Shown here: positions 19,851-30,379 of the stretch, in pieces
Numbering within the stretch: the first letter of the stretch is position 1
Layout of the letters: each line of letters opens with the position of its first letter
Assembly (NCBI GenBank): GCA_963706575.1
Contig: CAVPNL010000008.1
Span: forward strand, 256,001 to 320,000
DNA length: 64,000 nt
Reading direction: 5' to 3'
Source of the DNA: an uncultured delta proteobacterium
Lineage (GTDB): Bacteria; Desulfobacterota; Desulfobacteria; Desulfobacterales; JAHEIW01
Notes under the pieces: generated by a model
Seen by the model: only the letters and a program-made list of their open reading frames with translations
What the model was told of the DNA's origin: nothing
Databases searched by the model: none
Translations under genes and position numbers: made by a program

Positions 19851-20945
19851 ATGAAACTTACCATTCCCGACAATCTACGAGCGATCAATCCTTATGTTCC
19901 CGGCAAGCCGATTGAGGAGGTTCAACGGGAATATGGGATTGATCATTCCATCAAGCTGGCTTCCAATGAAAACCCGTTCGGTCCTTCACCAATGGCCCTG
20001 GCGGCGATACAGCAGGTACTGGGCAACCTGCATCGATATCCGGATGCACGTGGCTACGAGTTGACCCATTCGATTGCTGAAAAATTTAATATCGATCCCG
20101 GCCACATTGTTTTGGGAAACGGTTCTGACGATATCATTGCATTGCTTGCCGCTGTTTTGTTGAATCCGGGCGATGAGGTTGTTTTGCCGCAACCTTCCTT
20201 TCTTTTTTACGAGATTTCAATTCTAGGCGCTGGTGCCCTTCCGATTTGGGTTCCTTTAAAATCGTTTAAAACGGATCTGGCGGGTATGATCCGTAAAATC
20301 AGCCCCAAGACCCGTATGATTTTTTTAAATGTTCCCCACAATCCCACCGGAACCATCATTTCTAAATCCGATTTTGACGATTTTATCGCTGAGATACCCC
20401 CGCAAATCATTATTGTCCTGGATGAAGCCTATATCGAATTTATTACAGATTCGAATTGCGCAAACAGTTTCGACTATTTGAAGACCGATAACGCGATTGT
20501 TGGGATGCGAACCTTTTCAAAGGCGTTCGGGTTGGCCGGGCTGCGGGTGGGTTATGGTGTGATGCCGGTGGTTTTGGCGGAACTGCTTCACCGGGTCCGG
20601 CAACCGTTTAATGTCAATACACTGGCACAGGTAGCTGCAACAGCTGCACTAAATGATGCTGAGTTTCTGAAAAAAACCCTCGATCTGGTGCATGATGAAC
20701 TTCAATTCATTTACGCTGCCCTGGACAGACTCGAGCTGCCTTATATCCGATCCCAGGCCAATTTTCTTATGATCGAAATTAGCGCTGGGCCAAGCGCGGA
20801 TGAAATCGCTGAAAAATTGCTGATGCAAGGTGTCATTGTGCGTGCTATGACCGCCTACGGATACCCGCAACACATACGGGTAACGATAGGACAGCGTGCT
20901 GAGAATATGCGATTTCTAGAAGCGATCGAAAGGGTAGTTAAATAA
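19851..20945 (+). CDS. hisC: Histidinol-phosphate aminotransferase
   Basis: KLASNENP, GNGSDD, NPTG, DEAY, RTFSKAFGLAGLRVGY PLP motif. Confidence 0.95.
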   Translation: MKLTIPDNLRAINPYVPGKPIEEVQREYGIDHSIKLASNENPFGPSPMALAAIQQVLGNLHRYPDARGYELTHSIAEKFNIDPGHIVLGNGSDDIIALLAAVLLNPGDEVVLPQPSFLFYEISILGAGALPIWVPLKSFKTDLAGMIRKISPKTRMIFLNVPHNPTGTIISKSDFDDFIAEIPPQIIIVLDEAYIEFITDSNCANSFDYLKTDNAIVGMRTFSKAFGLAGLRVGYGVMPVVLAELLHRVRQPFNVNTLAQVAATAALNDAEFLKKTLDLVHDELQFIYAALDRLELPYIRSQANFLMIEISAGPSADEIAEKLLMQGVIVRAMTAYGYPQHIRVTIGQRAENMRFLEAIERVVK

Positions 20946-20954
20946 GTCAGAGAA

Positions 20955-21108
20955 CAGGTGTCAGGTTTCGGGTGTCTATCAGTTGCCAGGCTTTACATCT
21001 GTTTAATTTGGTTCGGTTGATGCCAACCAATTCAACCAATGAAACAAATAAAACCAATCCAACAGTTCATTGAACCCCCGAACCTCTGAACCCAGAACCC
21101 TGAACCCG
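20955..21108. repeat. Nested tandem-array palindrome: outer GGTGTCA-type left arm and GAACCC-type right arm around an inner 9-bp TTGGTT / AACCAAT module
   Basis: Inner module 20997-21067 matches the reverse complement of 53249-53345. Confidence 0.85.
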
Positions 21109-21115
21109 AGCGACA

Positions 21116-21781
21116 ATGAAGAAACTTCTGATAACGATTGACGGTCCGGCCGGTGCCGGCAAAACAACCGTCAGCCGTACGCTTGCCGACCGGCTGGGAT
21201 ATCGTTATATCGACACCGGCGCACTTTATCGCGGGGTTGCCTATGAAGTAAAAAGCCAGGGGGTCAATCCCGAAAGCGAGACAGAACTGTCCGAACTTTG
21301 CAGCCGGCTTCAGCTTAGTTTCAAAACAGAGGCGCAGGGGCTGCGTCTTTATTCCGGCGAAACGGACATCTCCGACCGCATCCGTACCCCTGAAATTAGT
21401 ATGCTGGCATCGTCTGTTTCTGCCATCGCGGTGGTGCGCGAGTATCTTCTGGATGTGCAAAGGGATATTGGTCTCCGCAAAGCAGCGGTCTTCGAAGGAC
21501 GCGATATGGGGACGGTTGTATTTCCGGAGGCGGACGTTAAATTTTTTTTGGATGCATCTTTAACCACCCGGGCGCTGCGACGGTATGAGGAACTCGAGTC
21601 CGAATCCGATCAATCACTGGCTACGGTTGAAAAAGACATGCAGCGCAGAGATACCAATGACAGTACCCGAAGCCTGGCGCCACTCAAACCGGCCGGTGAT
21701 GCCATTGTGATTGATTCCACGGACTTATCCGTTCAGGAAGTGGTAGATCGAATGCTTTCGCGCATCTCTGAAAAAGGATAG
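21116..21781 (+). CDS. cmk: Cytidylate kinase
   Basis: ITIDGPAGAGKTT, DTGALYR, EGRDMGTVVFP. Confidence 0.97.
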   Translation: MKKLLITIDGPAGAGKTTVSRTLADRLGYRYIDTGALYRGVAYEVKSQGVNPESETELSELCSRLQLSFKTEAQGLRLYSGETDISDRIRTPEISMLASSVSAIAVVREYLLDVQRDIGLRKAAVFEGRDMGTVVFPEADVKFFLDASLTTRALRRYEELESESDQSLATVEKDMQRRDTNDSTRSLAPLKPAGDAIVIDSTDLSVQEVVDRMLSRISEKG

Positions 21782-21947
21782 TGAAGCGAAATTAATAGTA
21801 GCCATTCTTAACAATTTTAATTATTTGTCTGAAATTAATAAAAATTCAAATAAAATATTGCATTTTTCTTTCAGTCTGGTAAACATACGGGATTGCACTA
21901 ACGCCCATGGCGTAGCAATAATATTGGCTAAGGGGGATTAATTATTC

Positions 21948-23792
21948 ATGGTTGACGAAACAAACAAGGATGAAACCCAAAATGAGGCGCAAGCTGAGGT
22001 TTCCGATGGTAGTGCTGCTGAGCAGGTGAATACCGAAAATGAACCGCAAAACGAAGAGTTGAAAGCAGATCAGTCATTGACGGGTCCATCCGAAGACAGT
22101 CCACAAGATCCGGGCGACAGCATGGAAAGCGTGATGGACATGTACGAAGAGAGTTTCAAACGCTTTGCTGAAGGGGAAGTCGTCACCGGTCGGGTTATTT
22201 CTATAGATAAAGATCATGTTCTGGTGGACATCGGCTACAAATCTGAAGGTCAGGTAAGAATTCAAGAGTTTACAGATCAAAGCGGCAATGTTACCGCTAA
22301 AGTCGGAGATGCCATCGAAGTCATGGTAGAATGGTGGGACGATGAAGACGAGCGTGTCCTGTTGTCCAAAGATAAAGCGGCCAACATTAAAGTCTGGGAA
22401 GCGGTTAAAAAATCTTACGATGAAGAGGGTACCGTCAAAGGGACCATTACCAACCGGGTTAAAGGCGGATTTTCAGTTGACATCGGCGTCCCGGGCTTTC
22501 TACCCGGATCCCAGGCGGATCTGCGACCGATTCGGAATCTGGATGATATGGTCGGCAAAGAATTTGATTTCAAGATTCTAAAATATAATCGCAAGCGCAG
22601 TAATATTGTTCTTTCCCGAAGGGCTATCCTGGAAAAAGAACTGGAGCAAAAGCGCTCAGCAACCCTGGAGACTATTAATGAAGGCAAGGTTGTCGAAGGC
22701 GCCGTAAAAAATATCACCGAGTATGGTGTTTTTGTTGACCTGGGCGGTGTTGATGGTCTGCTCCACATTACCGATATTTCCTGGGGAAGGGTAAAACACC
22801 CCTCGGAGCTTTTTTCAATCGGGGATCCCATCACCGTCAAGATTTTAAATCTGGATTTAGAAAACGAAAGAGTCTCATTGGGGATGAAACAGCTCAATGA
22901 GGATCCGTGGACCACCGCTTCTAAAAAATATGCCGTGGGTTCTCGTGTGACGGGAAAAGTTGTCAGCCTCACCGATTATGGGGCTTTCATTGAGCTGGAA
23001 GAAGGCATCGAGGGGCTGATCCATGTGTCTGAGATGTCCTGGACCCGCAAAATCCGGCATCCGTCCAAAGTTGTATCCGTCGGAGAAGAAGTGGAAGCCG
23101 TTGTGCTGGATATAAAACCCGAAAGCCGTAGAATTTCCATGGGCATGAAGCAGGTCGTTCCGAATCCCTGGGATGTGATCAGTGAAAAATATCCGATCGG
23201 TACCACCATCGAAGGGAAAATTAAAAATATCACCGATTTCGGATTGTTTATCGGTATTGATGAAGGTATTGATGGGCTGGTTCATATTTCTGATATTTCC
23301 TGGACCCGAAGAATCAAACACCCATCCGAGCTCTTTAAAAAAGGAGATGTTGTTCAGGCCATCGTGCTGGATATTGAAAAAGAAAATGAGCGGTTTTCAC
23401 TCGGTATCAAGCAGTTGCAGGACGATCCCTGGGCATCGGTGGCTCATAGATATGAAGTCGGTAAGGAGATTACCGGAACCATCACCAACCTGACGGATTT
23501 TGGGATTTTCGTTGAGCTGGAAGAAGGAATTGAGGGGCTTGTTCACGTGTCTGAAATCAGCAAAGAAAAGATAAAAACACCGACCGAAAAATTTAAGATT
23601 GGCGATGTCATTTCGGCCCGGGTGATGAACATTAACAGTGATGAAAGGCGCATCGGCCTTTCCATCAAACGACTTGAAATGGAAGACGAACAAAACTTAC
23701 TCAGCGAGTACGTCAACAATATGGGGCAGGCCACGTCTACGTTTGGAGAAATATTACGCGAGAATCTACAGGAGAAGCTGAACGAGGATTAA
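21948..23792 (+). CDS. rpsA: 30S ribosomal protein S1
   Basis: Six S1 repeats (YGVFVDLGGVDGLLHITDISW etc.); follows cmk. Confidence 0.98.
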   Translation: MVDETNKDETQNEAQAEVSDGSAAEQVNTENEPQNEELKADQSLTGPSEDSPQDPGDSMESVMDMYEESFKRFAEGEVVTGRVISIDKDHVLVDIGYKSEGQVRIQEFTDQSGNVTAKVGDAIEVMVEWWDDEDERVLLSKDKAANIKVWEAVKKSYDEEGTVKGTITNRVKGGFSVDIGVPGFLPGSQADLRPIRNLDDMVGKEFDFKILKYNRKRSNIVLSRRAILEKELEQKRSATLETINEGKVVEGAVKNITEYGVFVDLGGVDGLLHITDISWGRVKHPSELFSIGDPITVKILNLDLENERVSLGMKQLNEDPWTTASKKYAVGSRVTGKVVSLTDYGAFIELEEGIEGLIHVSEMSWTRKIRHPSKVVSVGEEVEAVVLDIKPESRRISMGMKQVVPNPWDVISEKYPIGTTIEGKIKNITDFGLFIGIDEGIDGLVHISDISWTRRIKHPSELFKKGDVVQAIVLDIEKENERFSLGIKQLQDDPWASVAHRYEVGKEITGTITNLTDFGIFVELEEGIEGLVHVSEISKEKIKTPTEKFKIGDVISARVMNINSDERRIGLSIKRLEMEDEQNLLSEYVNNMGQATSTFGEILRENLQEKLNED

Positions 23793-23910
23793 AACCCATC
23801 TCGAAAAGACGTTTCACACCAATGGCTGTGTTGCCCCGCTAAAGCGGGATCTCACGGCCATTTTTATAAATATTAAGGGGTTCGTCAAATCGATTCAAAA
23901 TATTCGCATA

Positions 23911-23971
23911 GCGCGGCAAGATGTCGCTCCCACTGTTGATATTGAGAAGTGGGAGTGGCTTCCAGCCACGA
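23911..23971. repeat. REP-like inverted doublet (GTGGGAG class)
   Basis: gcgcggcaagatgtcgctcccac ... gtgggagtggcttccagccacga between convergent genes. Confidence 0.65.
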
Positions 23972-24016
23972 ATAATTGGCGTGAGTTACTATTTTTGAGA
24001 TGGGTTTTTGGTTTTT

Positions 24017-24625
24017 TTATTGAAAAATACTGACATCCCCCATCCCCTTGCGAATAACTTCCGGCATGTCATCTATCAGGGAAATGACGCTCGAAGGCTT
24101 TCCCGACACAAACTCCCCGTCAATCACCAGATCAAGGCGGTTTTTAAATACGTCATGGATCAGTGAAGCGTCGTTTAGGATGCTGCCGTCCGGCAATGTG
24201 GCGCTGGTGGTAATGATGGGATTTCCCAGCCCTGCTACCAGCTCGAGACATATTTTGTGATCCGGCACCCGAATTCCAGCGGTTTTACGTTTGGTCAGCA
24301 TAATCTTGGGTACCAGTTTGGAGCCCTCAAGGATAAAGGTATAGGGGCCGGGTAATAACCTTTTCATAGTTTTATAGGCATAATTGGATACCTTGGCGTA
24401 ATGACTGATGTTTTTAAGCCCCGAACAAATAAAACTGAAAGGTTTGTTTCTATTGCGTTGTTTCAACTGGTAAATACGTTCAATGGCTTTTTTATTCAGT
24501 ATGTCACAGCCAATGCCGTAATGGGTGTCGGTTGGATAGACAACGATGCCGCCTTTTGTCAGGATGTCGACCGCTTTTTGAATGAGTCGACTCTGGGGGT
24601 TGTTTGGATTTACCTTAATCAGCAT
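24017..24625 (-). CDS. Sua5/YciO/YrdC family protein (threonylcarbamoyl-AMP synthase-like)
   Basis: YPTDTHYGIGC, LPGPYTFIL, GIRVPD, TSA; start moved to ATG 24625 because the longer ORF reads through a repeat element. Confidence 0.9.
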   Translation of the reverse strand: MLIKVNPNNPQSRLIQKAVDILTKGGIVVYPTDTHYGIGCDILNKKAIERIYQLKQRNRNKPFSFICSGLKNISHYAKVSNYAYKTMKRLLPGPYTFILEGSKLVPKIMLTKRKTAGIRVPDHKICLELVAGLGNPIITTSATLPDGSILNDASLIHDVFKNRLDLVIDGEFVSGKPSSVISLIDDMPEVIRKGMGDVSIFQ

Positions 24626-24637
24626 GTGTTTGCGACT

Positions 24638-24745
24638 TTGTCCGTTTAGCCGGTTGAGCCAGTTGTGCCCGTTAAAAAATGAATACCGTCTGATTTTATT
24701 TAACAAGACAACGCGCAAACGGGCAACAGAACAAGGCGCTCAACC
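24638..24745. repeat. Tandem-array palindrome, 9-bp unit (GTTRAGCCR / AACGGGC); copy 1
   Basis: ccgtttagccggttgagccagttgtgcccgtt ... aacaagacaacgcgcaaacgggcaacagaacaaggcgc; tail shared with 55660-55686. Confidence 0.8.
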
Positions 24746-24878
24746 ATTATGTTTTAGATGCATTTAGGAAATAGCTTCTATTATGGTATGGACCATAATG
24801 TCAAGGTGGCAAATAAAAGATTGCTAAAGACGATGGGTTTTGCTATTCGGATGCCTAAAAGTTTAACGGAGGGAGTAC

Positions 24879-26342
24879 ATGGCAAAAATACCACCCGAAG
24901 AGGCCTATTCCTTTGATGATGTCCTGCTTATCCCTAATTATTCTGATGTGTTGCCCAAGGATGTCAAAGTCAGCACCCGGCTGACCCAGAATATTACGCT
25001 GAACATACCGATTGTCAGTGCCGCCATGGACACCGTGACGGAAGCTGACACTGCCATCAGCATTGCACGGGAAGGCGGTGTGGGATTTATCCACCGCAAT
25101 ATGAGCATCGAGAGCCAGGCCGTGGAAGTCGATAAGGTCAAAAAATCTGAAAGCGGGATGATTGTCGATCCGGTTACGATACACCCTGAGCAGAAAGTGG
25201 CGGAAGTGCTGACCTTGATGGAAAAATACCGCATTTCTGGGTTGCCGGTGACCAAAGGAGATCAACTGGTGGGGATTGTCACCAACCGGGATCTGCGATT
25301 TGAAACCGATCTTGAAAAAAGTGTTTCGGATGTAATGACCAAAGAAAATCTGGTAACGGTTACCGAAGGAATCTCTCTGGAGGACTCCAAAAAACTGCTG
25401 CACCAGCACCGCATTGAAAAGCTGCTGGTGGTCGACAATAAAGGCCGCCTGACCGGCCTGATTACGATTAAAGATATAGAAAAACTTAAAAAATACCCCG
25501 ATGCCTGTAAGGATCGGATGGGGCGGCTTCGGGTTGGCGCGGCGGTGGGCGTCGGCCCGGATATGGAAGAGCGCACCGAAGCCCTCTTAACAGCGGGTGC
25601 TGACGTGGTTCTGATTGATACCTCCCACGGGCATACGGAAAATGTGATCAGCGCCGTTAAAACGCTTAAAAGCAACCATGAGAACCTCGAGCTTATCGCC
25701 GGCAACGTGGGCACGGGCAAAGGCGCAGAAGATTTGATCAATGCCGGCGTCGACGGCGTAAAAATCGGCATTGGCCCGGGTTCCATCTGCACTACGCGGA
25801 TCGTTGCCGGGATCGGTGTGCCTCAATTTACAGCCATTATGAACTGTCGGTCTGTATCCGCTAAAACCGGCATCCCGTTGATTGCAGACGGCGGCATCCG
25901 GTTTTCAGGGGATATTACCAAAGCCATCGGTGCCGGCGCCCATGTGGTTATGATCGGGGGCCTATTTGCCGGTACAGAGGAGACTCCGGGAGAGCAGATT
26001 TTTTTTCAGGGCCGCAGCTATAAAGTATACCGCGGAATGGGATCGATTGAGGCCATGAAAAAAGGGAGCAAAGATCGTTACTACCAGAGCGAAAAAGCCG
26101 ATGAGGACAAGCTGGTTCCGGAAGGTATTGTCGGTCGCGTACCGTACCGTGGATCGCTTTCAGCAACACTTTTTCAAATGGTCGGTGGATTAAAGGCCGG
26201 TATGGGGTACCTCGGCTGCCGCACCCTGGATGAGCTTCGCGAAAAGGCCCGTTTCGTAAAAGTCAGCGCCGCCGGCATGCGCGAAAGTCATGTGCATGAT
26301 GTGATTATCACCAAGGAGGCGCCGAACTATAGTCTCGAATAA
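24879..26342 (+). CDS. guaB: IMP dehydrogenase with CBS pair
   Basis: [35 protein letters not shown]. Confidence 0.98.
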   Translation: MAKIPPEEAYSFDDVLLIPNYSDVLPKDVKVSTRLTQNITLNIPIVSAAMDTVTEADTAISIAREGGVGFIHRNMSIESQAVEVDKVKKSESGMIVDPVTIHPEQKVAEVLTLMEKYRISGLPVTKGDQLVGIVTNRDLRFETDLEKSVSDVMTKENLVTVTEGISLEDSKKLLHQHRIEKLLVVDNKGRLTGLITIKDIEKLKKYPDACKDRMGRLRVGAAVGVGPDMEERTEALLTAGADVVLIDTSHGHTENVISAVKTLKSNHENLELIAGNVGTGKGAEDLINAGVDGVKIGIGPGSICTTRIVAGIGVPQFTAIMNCRSVSAKTGIPLIADGGIRFSGDITKAIGAGAHVVMIGGLFAGTEETPGEQIFFQGRSYKVYRGMGSIEAMKKGSKDRYYQSEKADEDKLVPEGIVGRVPYRGSLSATLFQMVGGLKAGMGYLGCRTLDELREKARFVKVSAAGMRESHVHDVIITKEAPNYSLE

Positions 26343-26592
26343 TTCGACGTGTCTCATAAATATTGTCAATATTATTAAGTCTGCGGTGTTATCCTCGCAT
26401 CCGCGCAGCTCCAGGTTTGAACTGGCTCCGCCTGCGCGTGACAATCATAATTGTTTGAAGGATCACAATAAAACCTGAAAAATTTCTCGTTTATGGTATA
26501 AATAGAAACCTTGCCCATTTTCCCTCACATATGATTGACCTTTTTTACGCTTTAAGTTTTCGATTTAAATTCAATTTTGAAACGAGTAATTT

Positions 26593-29500
26593 ATGACCGA
26601 AACCGTTCCTGATTTTGTTCATCTGCATGTCCACACCCAGTACAGCCTTTTAGACGGCGCCATCCGCATTGATGATCTTTTGCGGCGCGCGGCCGAGTTT
26701 GATATGCAGGCCGCCACCGTTACCGATCATGGAACGATGTTTGGCGCTGTAGAATTTTTTGAAAAGGCCAAAGCGGCGGGGATAAAGCCGATTATCGGCT
26801 GTGAGATCTATGTTGCGCCCAAAACCCGTTTTGATAAAACCCCGCTGGACAACAAAGAACTTTCGCACCTCATTTTGCTGGTTAAAAATGCAGAAGGTTA
26901 CCGCAATCTGTGCAAGCTGGCCACGGCTGCGCAACTTGAGGGATTTTATTACAAACCCCGTATTGACAAAGAAATCCTTAAAGAATGCAGCCAGGGCCTG
27001 ATCGGCCTAAGTGCCTGTCTGCACGGCGAGGTCCCGCGTCGCATTCAGCAGGGCCGCATCGAACAGGCTGACGAAGTGGCCAATGGGTATCGTGAAATTT
27101 TTGGTGAGAACAATTTTTTCCTGGAAGTGCAAAACAACGGCATCGAAGAACAGGAACGGGTCAATCAAGCATTGCTGGACATCAGTCAACGACTATCCAT
27201 TCCCCTGGTGGCGAGCAATGATTGCCATTACCTGGACAAAGAGCATGTCAGGGCCCATGATGTGCTGCTGTGCATTCAAACCGGTAAAACCATCCATGAT
27301 AACCAGCGTCTTAAGTTTCGTACCGACCAGCTCTATTTTAAATCCAAAGCCGAAATGTATGCTGCCTTTAAAGACTATCCGGGAGCACTCAGCAACACCG
27401 TCGATATTGCCGCTCGCTGCAACATCGATTTTGATTTTAAAACATATCACTTTCCCCGCTTTGCCGATGAGTCAGAGCTGAGCAGTAATGAGCTGTTTAC
27501 GCGCAGAGTCCGACAGGGATTTCAGATGCGCATGCAGCGCCTGAAAGAGAAAAATCCGCAAATTGACGAAGCCCTTTATCAAGACCGCCTGGACTATGAA
27601 ATCTCGGTCATACACGATATGGGATTTTCGGGTTATTTTTTAATCGTGGCTGATTTTATTCATTATGCCAAGGAACACAACGTGCCGGTCGGCCCCGGTC
27701 GGGGTTCGGCCGCCGGCAGCCTGGTGGCTTACAGCCTGGAAATTACCGATCTGGACCCCATTGCCCACGGGCTGATCTTTGAGCGATTTCTAAATCCGGA
27801 CCGCAAGAGCATGCCCGATATTGATGTTGATTTTTGCATCGACGGTCGGGAAGATGTTTACAAATATGTTGCCCACAAATACGGGGGCGGCGATTATGTT
27901 GCCCAGATCATCACCTTCGGAAAACTCAAAACCCGGGCGGTCATACGGGATGTCGGCCGGGCACTGGATATACCCCTGGCCGAGGTTGATGCCATCGCCA
28001 AAATGGTCCCCGATATCCTCAACATCAGTCTTGACGAGGCACTGGAACGTGAGCCCCGGCTGGTCGAACTGGCCAACCAAAAGCCCGAAATCGGCGATCT
28101 CATCGAAATCTGCCGGGTACTGGAGGGGCTGCCGCGGCACGCGTCGACCCACGCCGCCGGCGTAGTTATCGCCGACGAGCCTTTGGTCAATTATATGCCG
28201 CTTTACCGCGGGAAAAAGGGTGAAGTGGTCACCCAGTACGATATGAAGGTCGTTGAAAAAATCGGACTGGTAAAGTTTGATTTTCTGGGTCTGCGCAACC
28301 TGACGGTGATCGCCAATACGATATCCCTCATTGCCAGCCAGGGCCATGCGCCGCCGGATCTCGATAATATTGAATTGACCGATGAAGACACCTATCGCCT
28401 CTTGTCCGCCGGTGACACCACCGGGGTTTTTCAGCTTGAAAGTTCCGGCATGAAAGATTTGCTGGTGCGACTCAAACCTGAAACTTTTGACGATGTAATT
28501 GCTCTGGTGGCTCTCTACCGGCCCGGACCCATGGAAAGCGGCATGATTGACGACTACGTTGATCGCAAGCACGGCCGCAAGAAGGTGGAGTATCTTTTAC
28601 CGCAGCTGGAGCCGATCTTGAAAGAAACCTACGGCGTGATCGTCTATCAGGAGCAGGTGATGAAAATTGCCAATGATCTCGCCAATTATTCCATGGCGGA
28701 AGCCGATGATCTGCGCAAGGCCATGGGCAAAAAGATTCCGGCGATCATGGAAAAGCACCGGGAGCGCTTTGTGAGCGGCGCGGCCGAAAACACGATTGCC
28801 GCTGAGCAGGCCGCACCGATATTCAGCCTGATGGAGAAATTCGGCGGATACGGGTTCAACAAATCCCACAGCGCGGCCTATGCCCTGATTGCCTATCAAA
28901 CGGCATACCTCAAAGCCCACTATCCGGTCGAATTTATGGCCTCCTTGTTGACCAGTGAAATGCATTCCACCGATGGTGTGGTCAAATACATTGCGGAGTG
29001 CCGCAGTCACGGCATTGCCGTTCTGCCGCCGGATATTAATTATTCCGATAAAGCCTTTACTGTTTATCGCGATAAGATCCGGTTTGGTCTGGTTGCCGTG
29101 AAAAATGTGGGTGAAGCCGCGATTGAAGCCATCATTGATGCCCGCAGCGAGGAAAAGTTCGCGTCTCTTTTTGTTTTTTGTGAGCGGGTCGATTTGAAAA
29201 AAGTAAATAAACGCGTCATTGAGTCTTTGATAAAATGCGGTGCCTTTGATGGCACCGGCGCCAAACGTTCTCAAATGATGGCGGCTCTGGAAGATACACT
29301 GGATTACGGGCAGCGCGTGCAAAAGGAACGGCTGGATCCTCAGATCGGTTTGTTTGACGGTTCGGTAAATCCGCAGGTCATCAATGCGCCGGTGCTGCCA
29401 GACATCGAAGAGTGGTCGGACAGACAGCGTCTGGCATTTGAAAAAGAATCCCTGGGGTTTTACGTCAGCGGGCATCCGCTGAAGCGCTATGAGGATTTAA

Positions 29501-30093
29501 TTGACAAGTTTACCAATGCCAATGCGGTTTCCATCAAAGAAAAGAATAACGGCGCTGCCGTTCGAATCGGCGGGCTGATTCGCGGCAGCAAGATTATTAA
29601 AACCAAAAGGGGAGACCTGATGGCCTTTACGACCATCGAAGATCTCCACGGCGCGGTTGAAGCGACCGTGTTTTCGCGGGTCTACACCAGTGTAAGTGAT
29701 CTGCTGGTTGAGGATAACCTTGTTTTTATTCAGGGGCAGGTGCAAAAGGATGAGCAATCCGTAAAAATCCTGGCCGAAAAAGTGGTTGCCATGGATAAAG
29801 CTGAGGAAACCTGGACGGCCAGCATCCATTTTAATGTGGAGATGTCGCGAACAGACCGCGATGCACTCGAACAACTTAACGCAATTTTAAAGAAACACAG
29901 CGGGACATGCCGGGCCTACCTGCATTTGCACAGCCCCGAAAAGACCGATTCCATTATCGCTCTGCCGGATTCAATGAGGCTGAAAGCCGGTGGTGCCCTG
30001 GTCCGGGAAGTGAATGAGTTGCTGGGTTACAACGCCGTTGAAACCCTGTGCATGGCGGCACAGACGGAGCCCCGGCCAAACAAGTATCGTTAG
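26593..30093 (+). CDS. dnaE: DNA polymerase III alpha subunit
   Basis: PHP HLHVHTQYSLLDG, GRGSAAGS, PDIDVDF, KFDFLGL, FNKSHSAAY, OB fold. Confidence 0.98.
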   Translation: MTETVPDFVHLHVHTQYSLLDGAIRIDDLLRRAAEFDMQAATVTDHGTMFGAVEFFEKAKAAGIKPIIGCEIYVAPKTRFDKTPLDNKELSHLILLVKNAEGYRNLCKLATAAQLEGFYYKPRIDKEILKECSQGLIGLSACLHGEVPRRIQQGRIEQADEVANGYREIFGENNFFLEVQNNGIEEQERVNQALLDISQRLSIPLVASNDCHYLDKEHVRAHDVLLCIQTGKTIHDNQRLKFRTDQLYFKSKAEMYAAFKDYPGALSNTVDIAARCNIDFDFKTYHFPRFADESELSSNELFTRRVRQGFQMRMQRLKEKNPQIDEALYQDRLDYEISVIHDMGFSGYFLIVADFIHYAKEHNVPVGPGRGSAAGSLVAYSLEITDLDPIAHGLIFERFLNPDRKSMPDIDVDFCIDGREDVYKYVAHKYGGGDYVAQIITFGKLKTRAVIRDVGRALDIPLAEVDAIAKMVPDILNISLDEALEREPRLVELANQKPEIGDLIEICRVLEGLPRHASTHAAGVVIADEPLVNYMPLYRGKKGEVVTQYDMKVVEKIGLVKFDFLGLRNLTVIANTISLIASQGHAPPDLDNIELTDEDTYRLLSAGDTTGVFQLESSGMKDLLVRLKPETFDDVIALVALYRPGPMESGMIDDYVDRKHGRKKVEYLLPQLEPILKETYGVIVYQEQVMKIANDLANYSMAEADDLRKAMGKKIPAIMEKHRERFVSGAAENTIAAEQAAPIFSLMEKFGGYGFNKSHSAAYALIAYQTAYLKAHYPVEFMASLLTSEMHSTDGVVKYIAECRSHGIAVLPPDINYSDKAFTVYRDKIRFGLVAVKNVGEAAIEAIIDARSEEKFASLFVFCERVDLKKVNKRVIESLIKCGAFDGTGAKRSQMMAALEDTLDYGQRVQKERLDPQIGLFDGSVNPQVINAPVLPDIEEWSDRQRLAFEKESLGFYVSGHPLKRYEDLIDKFTNANAVSIKEKNNGAAVRIGGLIRGSKIIKTKRGDLMAFTTIEDLHGAVEATVFSRVYTSVSDLLVEDNLVFIQGQVQKDEQSVKILAEKVVAMDKAEETWTASIHFNVEMSRTDRDALEQLNAILKKHSGTCRAYLHLHSPEKTDSIIALPDSMRLKAGGALVREVNELLGYNAVETLCMAAQTEPRPNKYR

Positions 30094-30138
30094 GAGAGGC
30101 TTCATAGCATACATAACGTCCCGTGGTCGTGTGCTGAT

Positions 30139-30323
30139 TCGATACAAGGTGCCCGCAAAGGCGAATGCCTAAAATGCCTAAAATGATCTAAAGTGCCTAA
30201 AATTAAGGAATTCTGTCCATTTTATTAAAAAAGATGGAGCATCACGCGGCGCAAGCGCCTGCGCTGTGCGAGCGGCACCATAACTTTAGTCATTTTAGCT
30301 CATTTTAGCTCATTTTAGGCATT
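30139..30323. repeat. Tandem-array palindrome, GCCTAAAAT family; copy 2 with reversed core and extra hairpin
   Basis: Same left end as the 15492 copy (tcgatacaa.gtgcccgcaaa.gc), core in opposite orientation, GC-rich insert at ~30241-30270. Confidence 0.92.
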
Positions 30324-30379
30324 TTTTTTGCCTGATTATCCAACCGGGTTCAAGCATTTAACATTTTCAGATAGAGGGC

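Noticed and set aside
21895..21918. Small hairpin in the rpsA leader as an autoregulatory element
   Set aside because: Plausible but too short to support without comparative data
24626..24718. N-terminal extension of the Sua5/YciO ORF given in the ORF track
   Set aside because: The extension is translated repeat-element sequence; the family-like N-terminus starts at ATG 24625
26380..26450. Hairpin cgcgcag...ccag-gtttgaa-ctgg...ctgcgcg after guaB as a riboswitch or tRNA remnant
   Set aside because: No cloverleaf or recognisable riboswitch consensus, and it lies downstream of guaB; probably a terminator-like or decayed repeat hairpin
27790..29874. Long antisense ORFs within dnaE (also within alaS, rpsA and guaB)
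   Set aside because: Shadow ORFs produced by codon bias of conserved genes; no recognisable motifs
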